NCBI GenBank assembly: GCA_002269645.1
Contig: NIVC01003315.1
Coordinates: 1-47,434, forward strand
Length of the DNA stretch: 47,434 nt
Source of the DNA: Macrostomum lignano
Lineage: Eukaryota
Direction of reading: 5' to 3'
In this document: positions 44,947 through 47,434 of the stretch, in pieces
Numbering within the stretch: position 1 is the stretch's first letter
How the letters are laid out: each line of letters starts with the position of its first letter
Made by a program: the position numbers and the translations under genes
The notes under the pieces: generated by a model
What the model saw: the letters and a program-made list of their open reading frames with translations, nothing else
The model's database searches: none
What the model was told of the DNA's origin: nothing

Positions 44947-46942
44947 TTGCCGGTATTTTCAAGGTGCAAATTTTAACTGACCTACAATATACTGCAGCTC
45001 TAGCTCTGATGTGTGCATAAATGTTTGTATAGTTATTTGCTATTAGTGTGACTAACTAACCTGTCCATCAATTACTACCTGTGAGAACGTTGCCCTGACC
45101 AGAATCGCTAAGGAGTCATTGCACACAATATATTTAAGTCTCTAGCGACTCTAGAGCGATCTTTTGTGACATTTTAACGACACAAACGACTAACTCAAGT
45201 AAACTAAATTAAGTTGTTATATAAATGCGAAGTGCGATTTTAATTCATAAAGACGCAACTCAGTGATTTTACAGCGACTCTGGTACGCCTCAGATCCGAC
45301 TGTACGGTCTCAGTCGCAGACAATTGAGACAGTAAAACGTTTCAAATTGTTTTAGAGTCGTCTAGAGTCACTTCTTTCCTAGTTTACCTGTGTTACCTGC
45401 AACGACTCTATGCTGCTTCTTGGCCTTCTCGTTTTCATCGGGGTGGGGGCAATTTAGTTTGCAAAATACATGCAATTTTCTTTTTTATTTACATGTATGA
45501 CCATCTTCATTACATTTGCATAATTCATATGCTATTACTAATGTAATAAACAGTGAATTAGTAATGATATTAGCTTGATTTTCTGGTGCTGATTTATTTT
45601 TTCTACTTATTGCTCAAAGCTACAAGTCTTAATTAACACTCGTTGATTTAGCCGATACCGATATATATTTACAATATTTTGTAAGTTTTTTTCTGTCTTA
45701 ATCAGCATTTTGTAAGAAACAGCTGGTAACTAAAATAGTATATTTTGTCCTGCGTAAAACATTTTTTAATAAATGCTACTAATTAAATTGCCTGCTCGCA
45801 ATATTTTATTTATTTTATTGTCAAAACATAAACACGTTTCTTAAGGGGCTTGTTGTTATTTGTATCAATACGCATCTTTAGTTAAGCATATATTAGGAAC
45901 AAAGTATAGTTAATCAGCCAGTCTCAGGGGTTTATCTCAATTTTGCATAATGCCGGAGCAGTCGCAGACCAAACAGACATTTTTTGCCTGAAAATCTAAA
46001 TAAAATTGATTAATATATCGATGAATTTCTAGCTACTTAAATCTGTATGAGTAACTTCCCCTTGGGTTAGACAAAATGGGGAGACAAGATTTTTATTTCA
46101 ATTTTAAATTTGTATTTTTATGCAAATGGGAACAGCGGTTAGAATTTGATTTATATTACAATACGATCGATACGACAAATATGCATTAATTGGTTGCTGG
46201 TCAATTGTTATATTCTATTTCGTCATATAGGATAACGAAGTGACCAGGAGCTAAGTAGCATTCTAAAGTAATATAAGATGAAGTTAGCAAATATTTTAAT
46301 AATACCTGGAACCTAGGTTAATCAATACTTTGTTATCAATTTAAATCGGCTAAGTGGTGGATGACAATCCATTGCAACACACTCGTGTGTAACAATGCAC
46401 ATATAACTAAACCGTAAATTTGGACCCTTCGAGAGAGTAATCACCAGTAGAGATGCACACCAAGTCCTTAATTATAAAAATGCAAACAGTTAATACTTTA
46501 AGCACACGTATTTGCATACAAAATACTTTATACTCGTAAATGATCCACATTAATTCACTTGGAATTGAAATGCTTGTGGATGACAAAATGACTCCCTTCA
46601 GTTAGTGTATGTTGATTAAGATGACGAAGTGACCAGAACCGGGAGGGGGTCATACATATAGACACCCTAGATGACGAAATGACTAGGGACGCTTCTCATA
46701 ACCGACCTCCTGCTAAACTGATATTAAAGCTAGATGTGCATACTGTACAAAAGGTACTTGAATGTTATGCCTATGTTATACTTACTATGTACAACAATGA
46801 CATTCCTTGATATCACCTTACCAAGTTAGAAGCAACTCAAATTTAATTAAATCTGATGTGGACACTACTTGTACTGTAGTTTTCTGATCATCAAGCTTCT
46901 AGTGTGGGCTCAGAGAAGATAGTTGAGCTCGGGTAGGTACTC

Positions 46943-47020
46943 GTAAAATTCACCATGGCGATCTGTTTCTGAGTCCCGCGCTTCATCCTCGAGGAGTTGG
47001 ACGAGGACGCGCATGCAACA
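46943..47020 (-). pseudogene. Inverted fragment of an Aurora kinase paralog
   Basis: GGG ACT CAG AAA CAG ATC GCC ATG GTG AAT TTT (GTQKQIAMVNF) versus GGG ACC CAA AAA CGA ATC GCT ATG GTG GAC TTC ([11 protein letters not shown]) at 44074-44106. Confidence 0.6.
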
Positions 47021-47434
47021 ACAACCATCCTGTCCTGCAACGAAACTGTGGGGCTGAACGAACCGACTGAAGAAGTTGCGTTCAATCCTTCTCTGCACAC
47101 GGGAAGAATATAGCCAGCATCAGACAAAATAACGCAGAGTTTCTGATTCCTGGAATGAGTTCGATAATCACCCAGCTGGTTCGGAATTCCACAAGAGCTG
47201 TTAACTGCCATTCTCGTTAGCAGAGCTTCCTGGCGCTGTCTCATTTCGTATTTACAATTGGAAATAGCGGAATACCCTTTGTCGCATCTATAATAGAGCT
47301 CTATGCGTTCTCGAGAGACTACTTAATGCAGTAGCAATAAGACAAATATGCGTTTTCTGCCGCGGCCTCCAGCTCATTTCTAAGAAAAGCGAGTTTTAGC
47401 GTCCCTATGAATTCGATGACTGGATATGAATGTA

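Noticed and set aside
45139-45369. Weak inverted repeat CTCTAG(A)CGACTCTA flanking ~230 bp
   Set aside because: Short and imperfect, and no TSD could be established.

Overview
Eukaryotic, repeat-rich invertebrate DNA. GC-rich exons, minisatellite-filled introns and RTE/Helitron/BEL debris recall the flatworm Macrostomum, but that species call is only an inference. Left two-thirds: a minus-strand cluster that the ORF track shows as disconnected Gly/Ala/Thr-rich ORFs. Splice-phase analysis joins these into secreted proteins with the architecture signal peptide - PAN/apple-like domain - Thr-rich mucin stalk - ALK/LTK-like glycine-rich domain (GRD). Gene B is join(29494..29068, 27738..26945), 406 aa and intact. 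Gene A is 17672..16197 + 14946..14120 + 10152..9353, with a 48-unit GAPTTTT stalk and probably two tandem GRDs; it needs homopolymer indels corrected. A diverged GRD exon at 1839..1082 carries an in-frame TGA. Genes A and B lie in an old tandem segmental duplication, and each copy has its own nested transposon insertions. Right third: a complete six-exon ALDH7A1 and a three-exon Aurora kinase, with most introns filled by different tandem repeats, plus an inverted fragment of an Aurora paralog. All gene models come from sequence reading only; no database searches were run.
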